From Microbacteriaceae bacterium (GTDB lineage: Bacteria; Actinomycetota; Actinomycetes; Actinomycetales; Microbacteriaceae), in assembly GCA_947453475.1 (NCBI GenBank), contig CANGGK010000001.1, positions 17,499 to 81,498 on the forward strand: a stretch of DNA of 64,000 bases, written 5' to 3'. Within the stretch, counting starts at the first letter, position 1, and each line of letters starts with the position of its first letter. The notes beneath the pieces were generated by a model, which searched no databases, was not told the origin of the DNA, and saw only the letters and a program-made list of their open reading frames with translations. A program made the position numbers and the translations under genes. Positions 19,245 to 28,979 of the stretch are shown in pieces.

Positions 19245-19274
19245 AGAAAAACCCCGCCGAAGCGAGGTTTTTCT
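19245..19274. terminator. Bidirectional intrinsic terminator with cUUCGg loop (minus strand)
   Basis: AGAAAAACCCCGC-CGAA-GCGAGGTTTTTCT between convergent transcription units. Confidence 0.85.
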
Positions 19275-19320
19275 ATCTCAACCTGAGGATGTGTGGACAT
19301 CCCTGGTCCCGCGGTATGTA

Positions 19321-19368
19321 TTAGATACCGAAGCTTGTTTTGGTTAGCTGTTTACGCGCCAAAGCCAT
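19321..19368 (-). CDS. Candidate 15-aa small protein MALARKQLTKTSFGI
   Basis: ATG 19 nt after the L31 stop, host-like codons, followed by two hairpins and a terminator; no clear SD. Confidence 0.45.
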   Translation of the reverse strand: MALARKQLTKTSFGI

Positions 19369-19387
19369 GTGCAATAAGGGTTTACCC

Positions 19388-19639
19388 TTATGCACCAAAG
19401 CCTTTGTAACGAGCGTTGAAGCGCTCGACGCGGCCGGCGGTGTCCATGATGCGCTGCTTACCGGTGTAGAACGGGTGCGAAGCTGAAGAGATTTCAACGT
19501 CGAAAACTGGGTAGCTGTTGCCGTCTTCCCACTCAATGGTCTTGCTGCTTGACACGGTTGAGCGAGTAAGGAACGCTACACCCGAGGCCAAGTCGCGGAA
19601 TACAACGGTCTCGTACTTTGGGTGAATGTCTGCCTTCAT
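19388..19639 (-). CDS. rpmE2: 50S ribosomal protein L31 type B (no Zn-binding CxxC)
   Basis: MKADIHPKY...[16 protein letters not shown]...GRVERF. Confidence 0.97.
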   Translation of the reverse strand: MKADIHPKYETVVFRDLASGVAFLTRSTVSSSKTIEWEDGNSYPVFDVEISSASHPFYTGKQRIMDTAGRVERFNARYKGFGA

Positions 19640-19761
19640 GGGTAACTTCCTAGTTGTTCTAACGGATTTCTGTAAAAAACTTTGGGGTGGTGGCTAAATA
19701 GCACCAAGGGTCAAGCATAACAGAATGGCAGTGCCGGTCAAAGCACTATTTCTGAATCTTT

Positions 19762-20547
19762 TTAGTGCTTGGCGCGGGCGCGGTAGCGGCCGTCGGCATA
19801 GTCAACCTCGACGCCGAAGCCGAAAGCTTCAGAGATCTTGGTTGAAGTTAGGGTCTCGCGGATTTCGCCGGCCGCATAAACCTGACCCTCGCGCAGAATT
19901 AGCGCGTGAGTGAAGCCGGCTGGGATTTCCTCGAGGTGGTGAGTAACCATAACCATGGCCGGTGCCAGTGGTGCAGAGGCGTACTGGCCGATGATGCTGA
20001 TGGTTTGTTCGCGAGCGGCTAGGTCAAGGCTGGCCACGGGCTCATCCAAGAGCAAAAGTTCAGGGTCTGGCATAACCGCACGCGCGATTTGGGTGCGCTT
20101 GCGCTCTCCGTCACTAAGAGTGCCAAAAGAGCGGTCGGCGAAGTTCTCGAGAGCCCATTCGTTGAGAACGCGACGCGCGCGACGCTCATCGATGTCGTCG
20201 TACTTCTCATTCCAGCGACCGGTAACGGCATAGCTGGCTGTCATTACAGCGTTCAAAACTGTTTCTGAGTTTGGAATGTGAGAGGCCAGCGCGCTAGACG
20301 CAAAACCAATGCGGGTGCGAAGTTCAAACACGTTGATTTCGCCAAGGCGTTCGTTCAAGATGGTTGCCTGGCCGCTTGATGGGTGAATCTGAGCACCGGC
20401 TACGCGAAGAAGCGTGGTCTTTCCGGCTCCGTTTGGACCAACAATCACCCAACGCTGATCAGACTCAACCTGCCAGTCGACATTGTTGAGAATTGGGCGC
20501 GAATCGCGCACCACAGTGACATTGTTTAGATCAATAACGCGGGACAT
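19762..20547 (-). CDS. ABC transporter ATP-binding protein (stand-alone)
   Basis: GPNGAGKT, LSDGE signature, LLLDEP, VTHH. Confidence 0.92.
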   Translation of the reverse strand: MSRVIDLNNVTVVRDSRPILNNVDWQVESDQRWVIVGPNGAGKTTLLRVAGAQIHPSSGQATILNERLGEINVFELRTRIGFASSALASHIPNSETVLNAVMTASYAVTGRWNEKYDDIDERRARRVLNEWALENFADRSFGTLSDGERKRTQIARAVMPDPELLLLDEPVASLDLAAREQTISIIGQYASAPLAPAMVMVTHHLEEIPAGFTHALILREGQVYAAGEIRETLTSTKISEAFGFGVEVDYADGRYRARAKH

Positions 20548-20556
20548 GCTTTTAGC

Positions 20557-21747
20557 CTAGAGGTTTCCGGCGATTGCTTTCTCATAGACGCGAATAGTTT
20601 GTTCTGCGATGCTGTCCCAGCTGAAGTGATTTTCGACTCGACGGCGACCGGCTGCGCCAAATTCTGCCAACTGCGGGTGTTCAAGCATCTGGTTTAGCGC
20701 GGCAGCAAAATCGGCCACAAACTTTGCCTCATCAAGCGGCTTGCCGCTGCCATCCTGAACCTGCTCGATCGGAACCAAAAGGCCCGTTTCGCCATGGGCA
20801 ACAACCTCTGGAATGCCGCCAGTAGCGGTAGCAACCACCGGAGTGCCGCAGGCCATAGCCTCGAGGTTCACGATGCCCAGCGGTTCGTAAATTGACGGGC
20901 AAGCAAAAACGGTTGCCGCAGAAAGAATTGCAATTAATTCAGCTCGGTTGACGTGCTTTTCGACCCAGATGACGTTGGCGCGGTGCTTGCGAAGTTCGGT
21001 CACAAGGTCGGTAACCTCTTGCAAGATCTGAGGAGTGTCTGGCGCACCCGCACACAGCACCAACTGAACGTCGCTCGGAAGGTCGCGGGCGGCCTTGATT
21101 AGGTATGGGAGGCCCTTTTGCATGGTGATTCGACCCACGAACACCACACTGCGCTTATCCGGGTCAATTCCATTAGCGCGCACCAAGTCTGGGTTATCGG
21201 CCGCCTGAAACGCGTCCAGGTCAATTCCGTTGTGAACTACTGAAATCTTGTTTGGGTCTAGTTGCGGATAGGCCCGCAAAATGTCTTTGCGCATGCCGTC
21301 TGACACCGCGATTATTCCCGTGGCGCCCTCATAGGCGGTGCGTTCAACCCAGGATGAAAGGCGGTATCCCCCGCCGAGCTGCTGCTCTTTCCAGGGGCGA
21401 AGCGGTTCTAGGCTGTGCGCGGTAATCAAATGCGGAATTCCGTGCAGGGTTCCGGCCACCTGCCCCGCGAAGTTTGCATACCAAGTGTGCGAGTGCACGA
21501 GATCGGCTCCGGCAATGTCTGAAACCATGCTTAGGTCGACCGCCATGGTCTGTAGAGCACCATTTGCGTTGTCAAACTCGCTGGTGTGACGGTATGCGAA
21601 TGTATCTTTTTCATTACGTTCTTCGCCAAAGCATCGCACCTGAACATCAATGTGTCTGCGCAAAACTCTCACTAGTTCCGCCACATGCACGCCTGCTCCA
21701 CCGTAAATGGCAGGTGGATATTCCTTGCTGATCAAGTCGATTCTCAT
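20557..21747 (-). CDS. glgA: Actinobacterial glycogen synthase / alpha-maltose-1-phosphate synthase (GlgA/GlgM)
   Basis: EYPPAIYGGAGVH, HSLEPLRPWK, YEPLGIVNLEAMA; divergent from glgC. Confidence 0.93.
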   Translation of the reverse strand: MRIDLISKEYPPAIYGGAGVHVAELVRVLRRHIDVQVRCFGEERNEKDTFAYRHTSEFDNANGALQTMAVDLSMVSDIAGADLVHSHTWYANFAGQVAGTLHGIPHLITAHSLEPLRPWKEQQLGGGYRLSSWVERTAYEGATGIIAVSDGMRKDILRAYPQLDPNKISVVHNGIDLDAFQAADNPDLVRANGIDPDKRSVVFVGRITMQKGLPYLIKAARDLPSDVQLVLCAGAPDTPQILQEVTDLVTELRKHRANVIWVEKHVNRAELIAILSAATVFACPSIYEPLGIVNLEAMACGTPVVATATGGIPEVVAHGETGLLVPIEQVQDGSGKPLDEAKFVADFAAALNQMLEHPQLAEFGAAGRRRVENHFSWDSIAEQTIRVYEKAIAGNL

Positions 21748-21794
21748 GCCGTTATGTTACTCCGCCGACACATTTGCCGAATAACATTTGAAAC

Positions 21795-23036
21795 ATGAGT
21801 GCATTACGTGTGTTTGGAATGGTTCTCGCTGGTGGCGAGGGCAAGCGTCTTATGCCTTTGACTGCGGACCGCGCAAAGCCAGCGGTTCCATTTGGGGGCA
21901 GCTACCGTCTTATCGACTTCGCTTTATCGAACCTGATCAATTCGGGTCTTCGTCGCATTGTCGTATTGACGCAGTACAAGTCACACAGCCTCGACCGTCA
22001 CATTTCGCAGACCTGGCGCATGTCACCTCTGCTTGGCGCCTACGTGGCGTCTGTGCCTGCACAGCAACGCCTGGGCAAGCGCTGGTTCTCTGGTTCGGCC
22101 GACGCAATTCTGCAGAGCATGAACCTGCTCAGTGATGAGCGACCAGACATCGTGGTTGTTGTCGGTGCCGACCACGTTTACCGAATGGACTTCGACCAGA
22201 TGATTGAGGCTCACGTGAAGTCGGGCCGCGGAGTAACCGTTGCTGCCATTCGCCAGCCGCTTAGCCTCGCCAACCAGTTTGGTGTAATCGAAGTTGATGA
22301 CAAAGATCACTCCAAGATTGCAGAGTTTAAGGAGAAGCCGGCAAGCCCAAAGGGTCTCCCAGATTCACCTGGCGAAGTTCTAGCTTCTATGGGTAACTAC
22401 GTTTTCACCGCCCAGGCCTTGATTGATGCAATCGAACACGACGGCACTCTTGAAGATTCTTCTCACGACATGGGTGGTGACATCGTTCCTTACATGGTTA
22501 GCCGCGAGGATGCCGGTGTTTACGACTTCACCTACAACGAGATTCCAGGTTCTACCGAACGCGACCACTCATACTGGCGCGATGTGGGAACAATGGACTC
22601 TTACTACGAAGCACACATGGACCTAATTTCGGTGATGCCGGTATTCAACCTTTACAACGCCGAGTGGCCAGTTCACACCCAGCAAATCAATTTGCCACCG
22701 GCCAAGTTTGTGCACGACGGTGAGGGCAACCAGGGTCGCACCACCGATTCAATCGTCTCGCTTGGCACCGTTGTGTCTGGCGGAATTGTTGAGCGAAGCG
22801 TGCTGTCGCCAAATGTTCGCATTCATTCACGTGCTTTGGTAACCGACTCGATTATTCTCGACGGAGTTCAAATTGGCCGCGATTGCACCGTTCGAAAGGC
22901 TATTCTCGACAAGAGCGTCGTAGTAGCCGACGGCGCATCGATCGGTGTCGACAAACAGCGTGATCTTGACCGTGGATTCTTCGTCACCGACTCGGGTATT
23001 ACCGTGGTTGGAAAGGGCGTTCTGGTTACTCCGTGA
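21795..23036 (+). CDS. glgC: Glucose-1-phosphate adenylyltransferase
   Basis: [34 protein letters not shown]. Confidence 0.97.
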   Translation: MSALRVFGMVLAGGEGKRLMPLTADRAKPAVPFGGSYRLIDFALSNLINSGLRRIVVLTQYKSHSLDRHISQTWRMSPLLGAYVASVPAQQRLGKRWFSGSADAILQSMNLLSDERPDIVVVVGADHVYRMDFDQMIEAHVKSGRGVTVAAIRQPLSLANQFGVIEVDDKDHSKIAEFKEKPASPKGLPDSPGEVLASMGNYVFTAQALIDAIEHDGTLEDSSHDMGGDIVPYMVSREDAGVYDFTYNEIPGSTERDHSYWRDVGTMDSYYEAHMDLISVMPVFNLYNAEWPVHTQQINLPPAKFVHDGEGNQGRTTDSIVSLGTVVSGGIVERSVLSPNVRIHSRALVTDSIILDGVQIGRDCTVRKAILDKSVVVADGASIGVDKQRDLDRGFFVTDSGITVVGKGVLVTP

Positions 23037-23665
23037 CCCAGTTTTTAGTTGTCTTCGATGTTGACTCAACTCTCATCGAAGATGAAGTCATCGAATTATT
23101 AGCCGACGTTGCTGGCAAGCGCGCTGAAGTGGCAGCTGTTACCGAACGCGCCATGGCTGGCGAGCTAGATTTCGCCGAGAGCCTGATTGAACGAGTCAAT
23201 ACACTTGCCGGTTTGCCAGAATCGGTTTTTGCCGACGTACAGAAGCGCATAACCGTGACCACCGGCGCCAAGCGCTTGATTGATGCGGTTCACCAGTCCG
23301 GCGGCAAAGTGGGTGCCGTCTCTGGAGGCTTCAATCAGCTGCTGACTCCCCTAGCCGAGATTCTCGAACTCGATTTTGCTCGCGCGAACCAGCTAGAAGT
23401 TGTTGATGGCTTCTTGACCGGCAAGGTTATCGGCGCAATTATCGATCGCCAGGCAAAGGCTGATGCACTGCTCGAGTGGGCTACCGCAACGAACACTCCG
23501 ATTGAAAACACCGTCGCGGTAGGCGATGGTGCAAACGATCTTTCGATGATGGCGGTTGCCGGACTAGGAGTTGGTTTTAACTGCAAGCCAATCGTGCGTG
23601 AGCACGCAGACTTCATCCTTGAAGGTAATGACCTATCGAAGTTGACCGAGAAACTCGGGCTATAA
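23033..23665 (+). CDS. serB: Phosphoserine phosphatase
   Basis: [29 protein letters not shown]. Confidence 0.95.
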   Translation: MTQFLVVFDVDSTLIEDEVIELLADVAGKRAEVAAVTERAMAGELDFAESLIERVNTLAGLPESVFADVQKRITVTTGAKRLIDAVHQSGGKVGAVSGGFNQLLTPLAEILELDFARANQLEVVDGFLTGKVIGAIIDRQAKADALLEWATATNTPIENTVAVGDGANDLSMMAVAGLGVGFNCKPIVREHADFILEGNDLSKLTEKLGL

Positions 23666-23666
23666 C

Positions 23667-24377
23667 TTAGTGGCCCATTCCTAGGCCGCCGTCAACCGGA
23701 ATCACTGCGCCAGAAATGTAGCTAGCCTCGTCGGATGCCAACCAGGCAACAACCTTGGCAACTTCTTCAGGCTGAGCGAAACGGCCGGCAGGAATCTTCT
23801 TCTTGTATTCGTCTTGCTGGGCTTCAGGAAGAGCTGCGGTCATGTCGGTGTCAATGAAGCCGGGTGCAACAACGTTGGCGGTGATACCGCGCGCACCAAG
23901 CTCACGGGTAACCGAACGGGCCATGCCTACCAGTGCAGACTTAGCGGCCGAGTAGTTAACTTGGCCGGCAGAGCCTAGAAGGCCAACCACTGAGCCAATC
24001 AAAATAACGCGACCAAAACGAGCCTTGATCATGCCCTTTGTGGCGCGGCGCAGAACGCGGAAAACGCCATTTAGGTTGGTGTTGATGACTTCTTCAAACT
24101 CTTCGTCGGTCATTCGCATCAGCAGGGTGTCGCGAGTGATGCCTGCGTTGGCAACCAAAATTTCGACCGCACCTAGCTTCTCTTCGACCTCGGCAAAGGC
24201 TGCATCTAGTGATGCCGGGTCGGTCACGTCTGCTTTCACGCTTAGGGTTCCCGCCGGGCCTTCGCCACTTCGCACGGTAACTGCAACCCGGTGACCCTGG
24301 CGAACAAATTCTTCGGCAATCGATCGGCCAATGCCGCGGTTTCCGCCGGTAACTAAGACAGTTCTAGGTGTGCTCAT
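23667..24377 (-). CDS. fabG: 3-oxoacyl-ACP reductase
   Basis: TGGNRGIG, NAGITRD, YSAAK, VAPGFIDTDM, DGGLGMGH; start at MSTPRTV. Confidence 0.93.
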   Translation of the reverse strand: MSTPRTVLVTGGNRGIGRSIAEEFVRQGHRVAVTVRSGEGPAGTLSVKADVTDPASLDAAFAEVEEKLGAVEILVANAGITRDTLLMRMTDEEFEEVINTNLNGVFRVLRRATKGMIKARFGRVILIGSVVGLLGSAGQVNYSAAKSALVGMARSVTRELGARGITANVVAPGFIDTDMTAALPEAQQDEYKKKIPAGRFAQPEEVAKVVAWLASDEASYISGAVIPVDGGLGMGH

Positions 24378-24496
24378 CGGGGTTATCTCTCTTGGGAATA
24401 CAATTTGAAAAGTAGCGCTTGGGACAAGAGCAAGTGTACCGTTTTGGGCTGATTTCAAGCCCCTTCCGCGCGCAATGACTTCATGAAAGGCTCCAA

Positions 24497-24802
24497 ATGA
24501 GCAAGCCTCAAAGCGTCACCTCGGTGGGTCAATCCCCCGACGATGAACGTCGCGAGAGAATGAAGAAATACCTGATTTCACAGATTGTCAGAGTTATTTG
24601 CATCATCCTTGCCGTGTTTGTTCAGGGTTGGATGATGTGGATCTTCTTCGCTGGAGCCATCTTCTTGCCTTATTTCGCAGTAGTGCTAGCCAACGCCAAG
24701 GGTGAAGGTGAGGTCAAATCAAAGCCCACCGCTGTCGTCGCTCCAACACTGAAAATCAGCGCGGACGCCTTTGTCTCGACGACCAAGCCTGAGGGTGAAT
24801 AG
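24497..24802 (+). CDS. DUF3099-like membrane protein
   Basis: RMKKYLI..IVR, AIFLPYFAVVLAN motif; usual position opposite fabG. Confidence 0.85.
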   Translation: MSKPQSVTSVGQSPDDERRERMKKYLISQIVRVICIILAVFVQGWMMWIFFAGAIFLPYFAVVLANAKGEGEVKSKPTAVVAPTLKISADAFVSTTKPEGE

Positions 24803-24805
24803 CGG

Positions 24806-25006
24806 TTGCTGGGTCAAGATTTAACCGTAGACAAGTGCTCGAGAGCAGGCTGCTTGGCACTGGCGACTCATCAGCTCAATTGGCGAAACCCTAAGATTCA
24901 CAGCGAAGATCGCGTGAAAACCTGGCTTGCTTGCGACGAGCACCTCAGCTTTCTGGTTGACTATTTAGAGACCCGCGGGTTTTTCATCGCGGCCGTTCCT
25001 TTTTAG
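24806..25006 (+). CDS. Small conserved Cys/His protein
   Basis: CSRAGC...WRNPKIH...WLACDEH...YL..RGF, possible zinc finger. Confidence 0.8.
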   Translation: MLGQDLTVDKCSRAGCLALATHQLNWRNPKIHSEDRVKTWLACDEHLSFLVDYLETRGFFIAAVPF

Positions 25007-25015
25007 AAAGCACAG

Positions 25016-25834
25016 ATGAACTACCTTTCAGATTCCTGGCGCCGTTGGGTTGCCTGGTTTCTGCTCGCCGTGATCTTTGCCATCGCTTGCGGGTTTCTAT
25101 CGAATTGGCAGTTCAACCGCCGCACCGAGGCTCTGGGAAAAATGCAGCAACTGGCGGCAAATTACGACCGCCAACCGATCGAGCTGACTTCAACTAGTTA
25201 TCTGGCCAAGGATGAATGGCTGCCGATAAAGCTAACCGGGCACTTTTTGCCTGGAAACACGTTGTTGGTTCGAAACCGACCACTCGATGGCACTCCTGGT
25301 TTTCTTGAGTTGATTCCGTTTCAGCGTGAAGATGGTTTGATTTTGGCCATCCAAGCCGGTTGGTTGCCGGCCGACGACCGACTAAACCCGCCCAAGGACT
25401 TTCCGAAGCCGAGTCTTGAAACGCAGACCATTTGGGGGCGAGTGCGCCCTGCCGAGCCAACCCTCGATCGTGAAGCACCTGCCGGGCAGATTGCGACGAT
25501 AAACGTGGCAACTTTTGTCAAGAAGACTGGCATCAAAGACCGCGCGGTAACCGACTTTTACCTGGCGCTGGGTGAGAATACGTGGGCAAAAGCTGGGCTA
25601 CCTAAGCTGCTTTCACGGCCACAACTCGATGAAGGCAACCACCTGAGCTATGCCATGCAATGGATTGTTTTTGCCGTTCTAGCTTTTATGGCGCTGGTCT
25701 GGGCAGTGCGCCAAGAAATCCATTTCAAACGATTGGCAAGCGACCCGAACTATCGCCCGAAAACCCGTAAGAAGGTCGGCGACGAAGACAATGCCGCCGA
25801 AGACATCATTTTGCTGTCCGCCTCGGGTAACTAG
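25016..25834 (+). CDS. SURF1 family cytochrome oxidase biogenesis protein
   Basis: LSNWQFNR N-terminal TM, GNHLSYAMQW C-terminal motif. Confidence 0.92.
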   Translation: MNYLSDSWRRWVAWFLLAVIFAIACGFLSNWQFNRRTEALGKMQQLAANYDRQPIELTSTSYLAKDEWLPIKLTGHFLPGNTLLVRNRPLDGTPGFLELIPFQREDGLILAIQAGWLPADDRLNPPKDFPKPSLETQTIWGRVRPAEPTLDREAPAGQIATINVATFVKKTGIKDRAVTDFYLALGENTWAKAGLPKLLSRPQLDEGNHLSYAMQWIVFAVLAFMALVWAVRQEIHFKRLASDPNYRPKTRKKVGDEDNAAEDIILLSASGN

Positions 25835-27429
25835 CTAAGCGAGATTAGGTCGGCGTAACCGTCGTTCCAGTGGTCTTCATCGCCATCAGGCAAAATCAAT
25901 ACACGTTCCGGGTTTAGCGCGAGCACCGCGCCCACGTCGTGAGACACCAAAACAACTGCGCCAGTGAAGGTGCTTAGCGCGCGAAGAATCTCTTCACGGC
26001 TAGCCGGGTCAAGGTTGTTAGTCGGCTCATCCAAGAGCAAAACGTTTGCTGATGAAACCACCAGCGAGGCCAGAGCCAAACGAGTCTTCTCGCCACCACT
26101 GAGCACGCCGGCTGGCTTGTTAACATCGTCACCGGTGAACAGGAATGAACCTAGAACCTTGCGGGCATCGGTGTCGGCAAGCTGAGGCGCCGCACGTTGC
26201 ATATTCTCGAGAACCGACTTAGAAACGTCTAGGGTCTCGTGCTCCTGGGCGAAGTAACCCACCTTGAGACCGTGGCCAGGTACGACCTTTCCTGTGTCTG
26301 GAGTGTCGAGACCGGCGAGCATGCGAAGCATCGTGGTCTTACCGGCACCGTTCATACCGATGATGACTACCTTCGAACCCTTATCGATGGCTAGGTCGAC
26401 GGCGGTGAAAATCTCAAGCGAGCCATAGCTCTTGCTCAGGTTCTCGGCCATCAATGGGGTGCGACCACAAGGGGCTGGGTCTGGGAACTTAATCTTTGCC
26501 ACGCGGTCGACTTCGCGAACGTCATCCAAGCCGCTCAATAGGCTCTCGGCACGGCGAACCATCTGCTTAGCAGCAACAGCCTTGGATGCCTTAGCGCCGA
26601 ACTTGGCCGCCTGAATCTGCAGCGTGGTTGCCTTCTTCTCGGCAATTGCACGGTCACGTTTGCGACGCTCTTCATCGGTCTCGCGGGCCTTCTGGTACTG
26701 GCGCCAGCCCATGTTGTAGATGTCGATTACGCAACGCATTGCGTCAAGGTAAAACACGCGGTTTACGGTTTCTTCAACCAATTCCACGTCGTGACTGATC
26801 ACAATCAGCCCGCCCTGGTAACCCTTTAGGAACTCGCGTAGCCAAACCACCGAGTCGGCATCTAAGTGGTTAGTTGGCTCATCGAGAATCATGGTTTCGG
26901 CATTCGAGAACAAGATTCGGGCAAGCTCAATGCGGCGACGCTGACCACCCGAAAGGGTCTTGAGCGGCTGATCGAGGATGTGGTCCTTGAGGTTTAGATT
27001 GCTCGCAATGGTCGCGGCCTCTGCCTCTGCGGCGTATCCGCCGGCAGCCTGAAAGAGCTCCTCGAGTTCTGAGTAGCGATTCATGGCGTTGTTGTAGACG
27101 GCCTCTTCGATGCTGCCCATGTCTTCGGTGCACTTAACCATTTCGGCTGCGATATCACCGAGACCTCGAGCGTTCAAGATGCGAGTGCGAGCTAGTTCTT
27201 CTGGGTCACCACTGCGTGGGTCTTGGGGCAGATAGCCGATCTCTCCCCCGCGGTCAACGAAACCCTTGGATGGCTGGCCGTCGCCGGCAAGAATCTTGGT
27301 GAGTGTCGTTTTACCGGCACCGTTACGGCCAACGAGGCCGACTTTGTCACCCTTGTCTACGCGAAAGTTCACTTCAGACATCAGCACGCGTGCACCAATG
27401 CGGATCTCTAGATCGCGCACGCTAATCAT
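25831..27429 (-). CDS. ABC-F family ATPase (ribosome-associated)
   Basis: Two NBDs (GRNGAGKT/LSGGQ/DEPTN; GMNGAGKT/LSGGE/DEPTN), helical linker, no TM. Confidence 0.94.
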   Translation of the reverse strand: MISVRDLEIRIGARVLMSEVNFRVDKGDKVGLVGRNGAGKTTLTKILAGDGQPSKGFVDRGGEIGYLPQDPRSGDPEELARTRILNARGLGDIAAEMVKCTEDMGSIEEAVYNNAMNRYSELEELFQAAGGYAAEAEAATIASNLNLKDHILDQPLKTLSGGQRRRIELARILFSNAETMILDEPTNHLDADSVVWLREFLKGYQGGLIVISHDVELVEETVNRVFYLDAMRCVIDIYNMGWRQYQKARETDEERRKRDRAIAEKKATTLQIQAAKFGAKASKAVAAKQMVRRAESLLSGLDDVREVDRVAKIKFPDPAPCGRTPLMAENLSKSYGSLEIFTAVDLAIDKGSKVVIIGMNGAGKTTMLRMLAGLDTPDTGKVVPGHGLKVGYFAQEHETLDVSKSVLENMQRAAPQLADTDARKVLGSFLFTGDDVNKPAGVLSGGEKTRLALASLVVSSANVLLLDEPTNNLDPASREEILRALSTFTGAVVLVSHDVGAVLALNPERVLILPDGDEDHWNDGYADLISLS

Positions 27430-27544
27430 GAATGTCTCCGTAGTTTGTTGATTGGGCTGGCAATAATCCTGGCCAGCAAAAAACCCAGTCTACCCTCGTT
27501 ACTTCAAAAGGCTCGAGGCTGACCGGGTTTGTTGTTTGAAAAGG

Positions 27545-27874
27545 TTAGATCGAGAACCCGATGGCGCGCATTTGTTCGCGGCCATCTTCGGTGATCTTCT
27601 CAGGGCCCCAAGGTGGCATCCAGACCCAGTTGATTCGGAAGGCATCGACGACGCCATCCAAGGCTTCTGCGGTCTGCTCTTCAAGGACATCGGTCAGAGG
27701 GCAGCCGGCCGAGGTTAGGGTCATGTTGATCAATAGACTTTCGTCTTCGGCCTTGTTCAGGCCATAGATCAAGCCGAGGTCGACAATGTTTACGCCGATC
27801 TCTGGGTCGATTACATCCTTGAGCGCTTCGATGACCTGGTCATACTTGGCTGGCTCTAGTTCTAGTTCAGACAA
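27545..27874 (-). CDS. Metal-sulfur cluster assembly factor (DUF59/SufT-like)
   Basis: DPEIGVNIVDLGLIY, TLTSAGCP, W.PPW. Confidence 0.93.
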   Translation of the reverse strand: MSELELEPAKYDQVIEALKDVIDPEIGVNIVDLGLIYGLNKAEDESLLINMTLTSAGCPLTDVLEEQTAEALDGVVDAFRINWVWMPPWGPEKITEDGREQMRAIGFSI

Positions 27875-27877
27875 GAA

Positions 27878-28630
27878 TTATGCCTTTACGTAACGGTCGT
27901 AGCCCTCGGCCTCTAGGCGGTCGGCTAGCTCTGGGCCACCCTGCTCAGCAATCTTGCCGGCAACGAAAACGTGCACGAAGTCTGGCTTGATGTACTTCAG
28001 GATTCGGGTGTAGTGAGTGATTAGCAGAAGACCAAAGTCGTTTGCTTCCTTAGCGCGGTTTACGCCCTCAGAGACGATCTTCAATGCATCTACGTCAAGA
28101 CCCGAGTCGGTCTCGTCAAGCACAGCAAATTTCGGCTTCAGAAGCTCGAGCTGAAGAATCTCGTGACGCTTCTTCTCACCACCAGAGAAGCCCTCGTTGA
28201 CGTTGCGCTCGGTGAAGGTATTGTCCATCTTTAGCGCGTCCATTGCGCCACGAACGTCCTTGATCCAGGTGCGAAGCGCAGGAGCCTCGCCCGAGATTGC
28301 GGTCTTTGCGGTGCGAAGGAAGTTAGAAACTGAAACACCTGGAATCTCTACGGGGTACTGCATCGCCAAAAAGAGACCCGCGCGTGCGCGCTCATCAACT
28401 GACATCTCTAGGACATCTTCGCCATCTAGAAGGATTTCACCCTCGGTGACGGTGTACTTTGGGTGACCAGCGATTGTGTAGGCAAGGGTTGACTTGCCAG
28501 AACCGTTAGGGCCCATGATTGCGTGTGACTCGCCACTTCGAATGATGAGGTCAACACCTTTGAGAATCTCTTTGGTGCCCTGCTCGGTCTCTACGGTGAC
28601 GTGTAGGTTCTTGATCTGAAGAATTGCCAT
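27878..28630 (-). CDS. sufC: Fe-S cluster assembly ATPase SufC
   Basis: GPNGSGKST, NEGFSGGEKKR, DETDSGLDVD; start at MAILQ after SD. Confidence 0.97.
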   Translation of the reverse strand: MAILQIKNLHVTVETEQGTKEILKGVDLIIRSGESHAIMGPNGSGKSTLAYTIAGHPKYTVTEGEILLDGEDVLEMSVDERARAGLFLAMQYPVEIPGVSVSNFLRTAKTAISGEAPALRTWIKDVRGAMDALKMDNTFTERNVNEGFSGGEKKRHEILQLELLKPKFAVLDETDSGLDVDALKIVSEGVNRAKEANDFGLLLITHYTRILKYIKPDFVHVFVAGKIAEQGGPELADRLEAEGYDRYVKA

Positions 28631-28664
28631 GATTAGCTCGTTTTCTTTGTTTTGAAGTCTTGGA

Positions 28665-28979
28665 TTAGTCGGCGTCGATTTCGAGGAAGATGTCACCGTT
28701 GTCGATGATTACCTCGTATTTGGCTACTGGTTCGAAGGCTGGCAAGGTAAGCGCCTCACCGGTCTCGAGTGAGAACTTGGCACCGTGGGCCCAGCACTCG
28801 ATGGTCTCGTTGTCAACGAAGCCCTCGCTCAGCGAGATTTCGCCGTGTGAGCACTTGTCGTCTAGTGCGAAAACCTTATCGGCCTTGGTGCGAACGATAG
28901 CGATTGCATCGTCGCCAACCTTTACACGGATGGCTTTACCCAACTTGATGTCTTCAACTGCGCAAATGCGAACTGCCAT
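28665..28979 (-). CDS. Rieske-type ferredoxin
   Basis: CSH...CWAH Rieske motifs. Confidence 0.93.
   Translation of the reverse strand: MAVRICAVEDIKLGKAIRVKVGDDAIAIVRTKADKVFALDDKCSHGEISLSEGFVDNETIECWAHGAKFSLETGEALTLPAFEPVAKYEVIIDNGDIFLEIDAD

Noticed and set aside
19321-19536. 71-aa alternative-frame ORF overlapping L31 (possible frameshifted L31 extension)
   Set aside because: Most of it overlaps L31 out of frame and I see no slippery site; only the last 15 codons are kept as a candidate
21754-21770. TGTCGG upstream of glgA as a PafBC box
   Set aside because: Spacing to the -10 is 5 nt rather than 10
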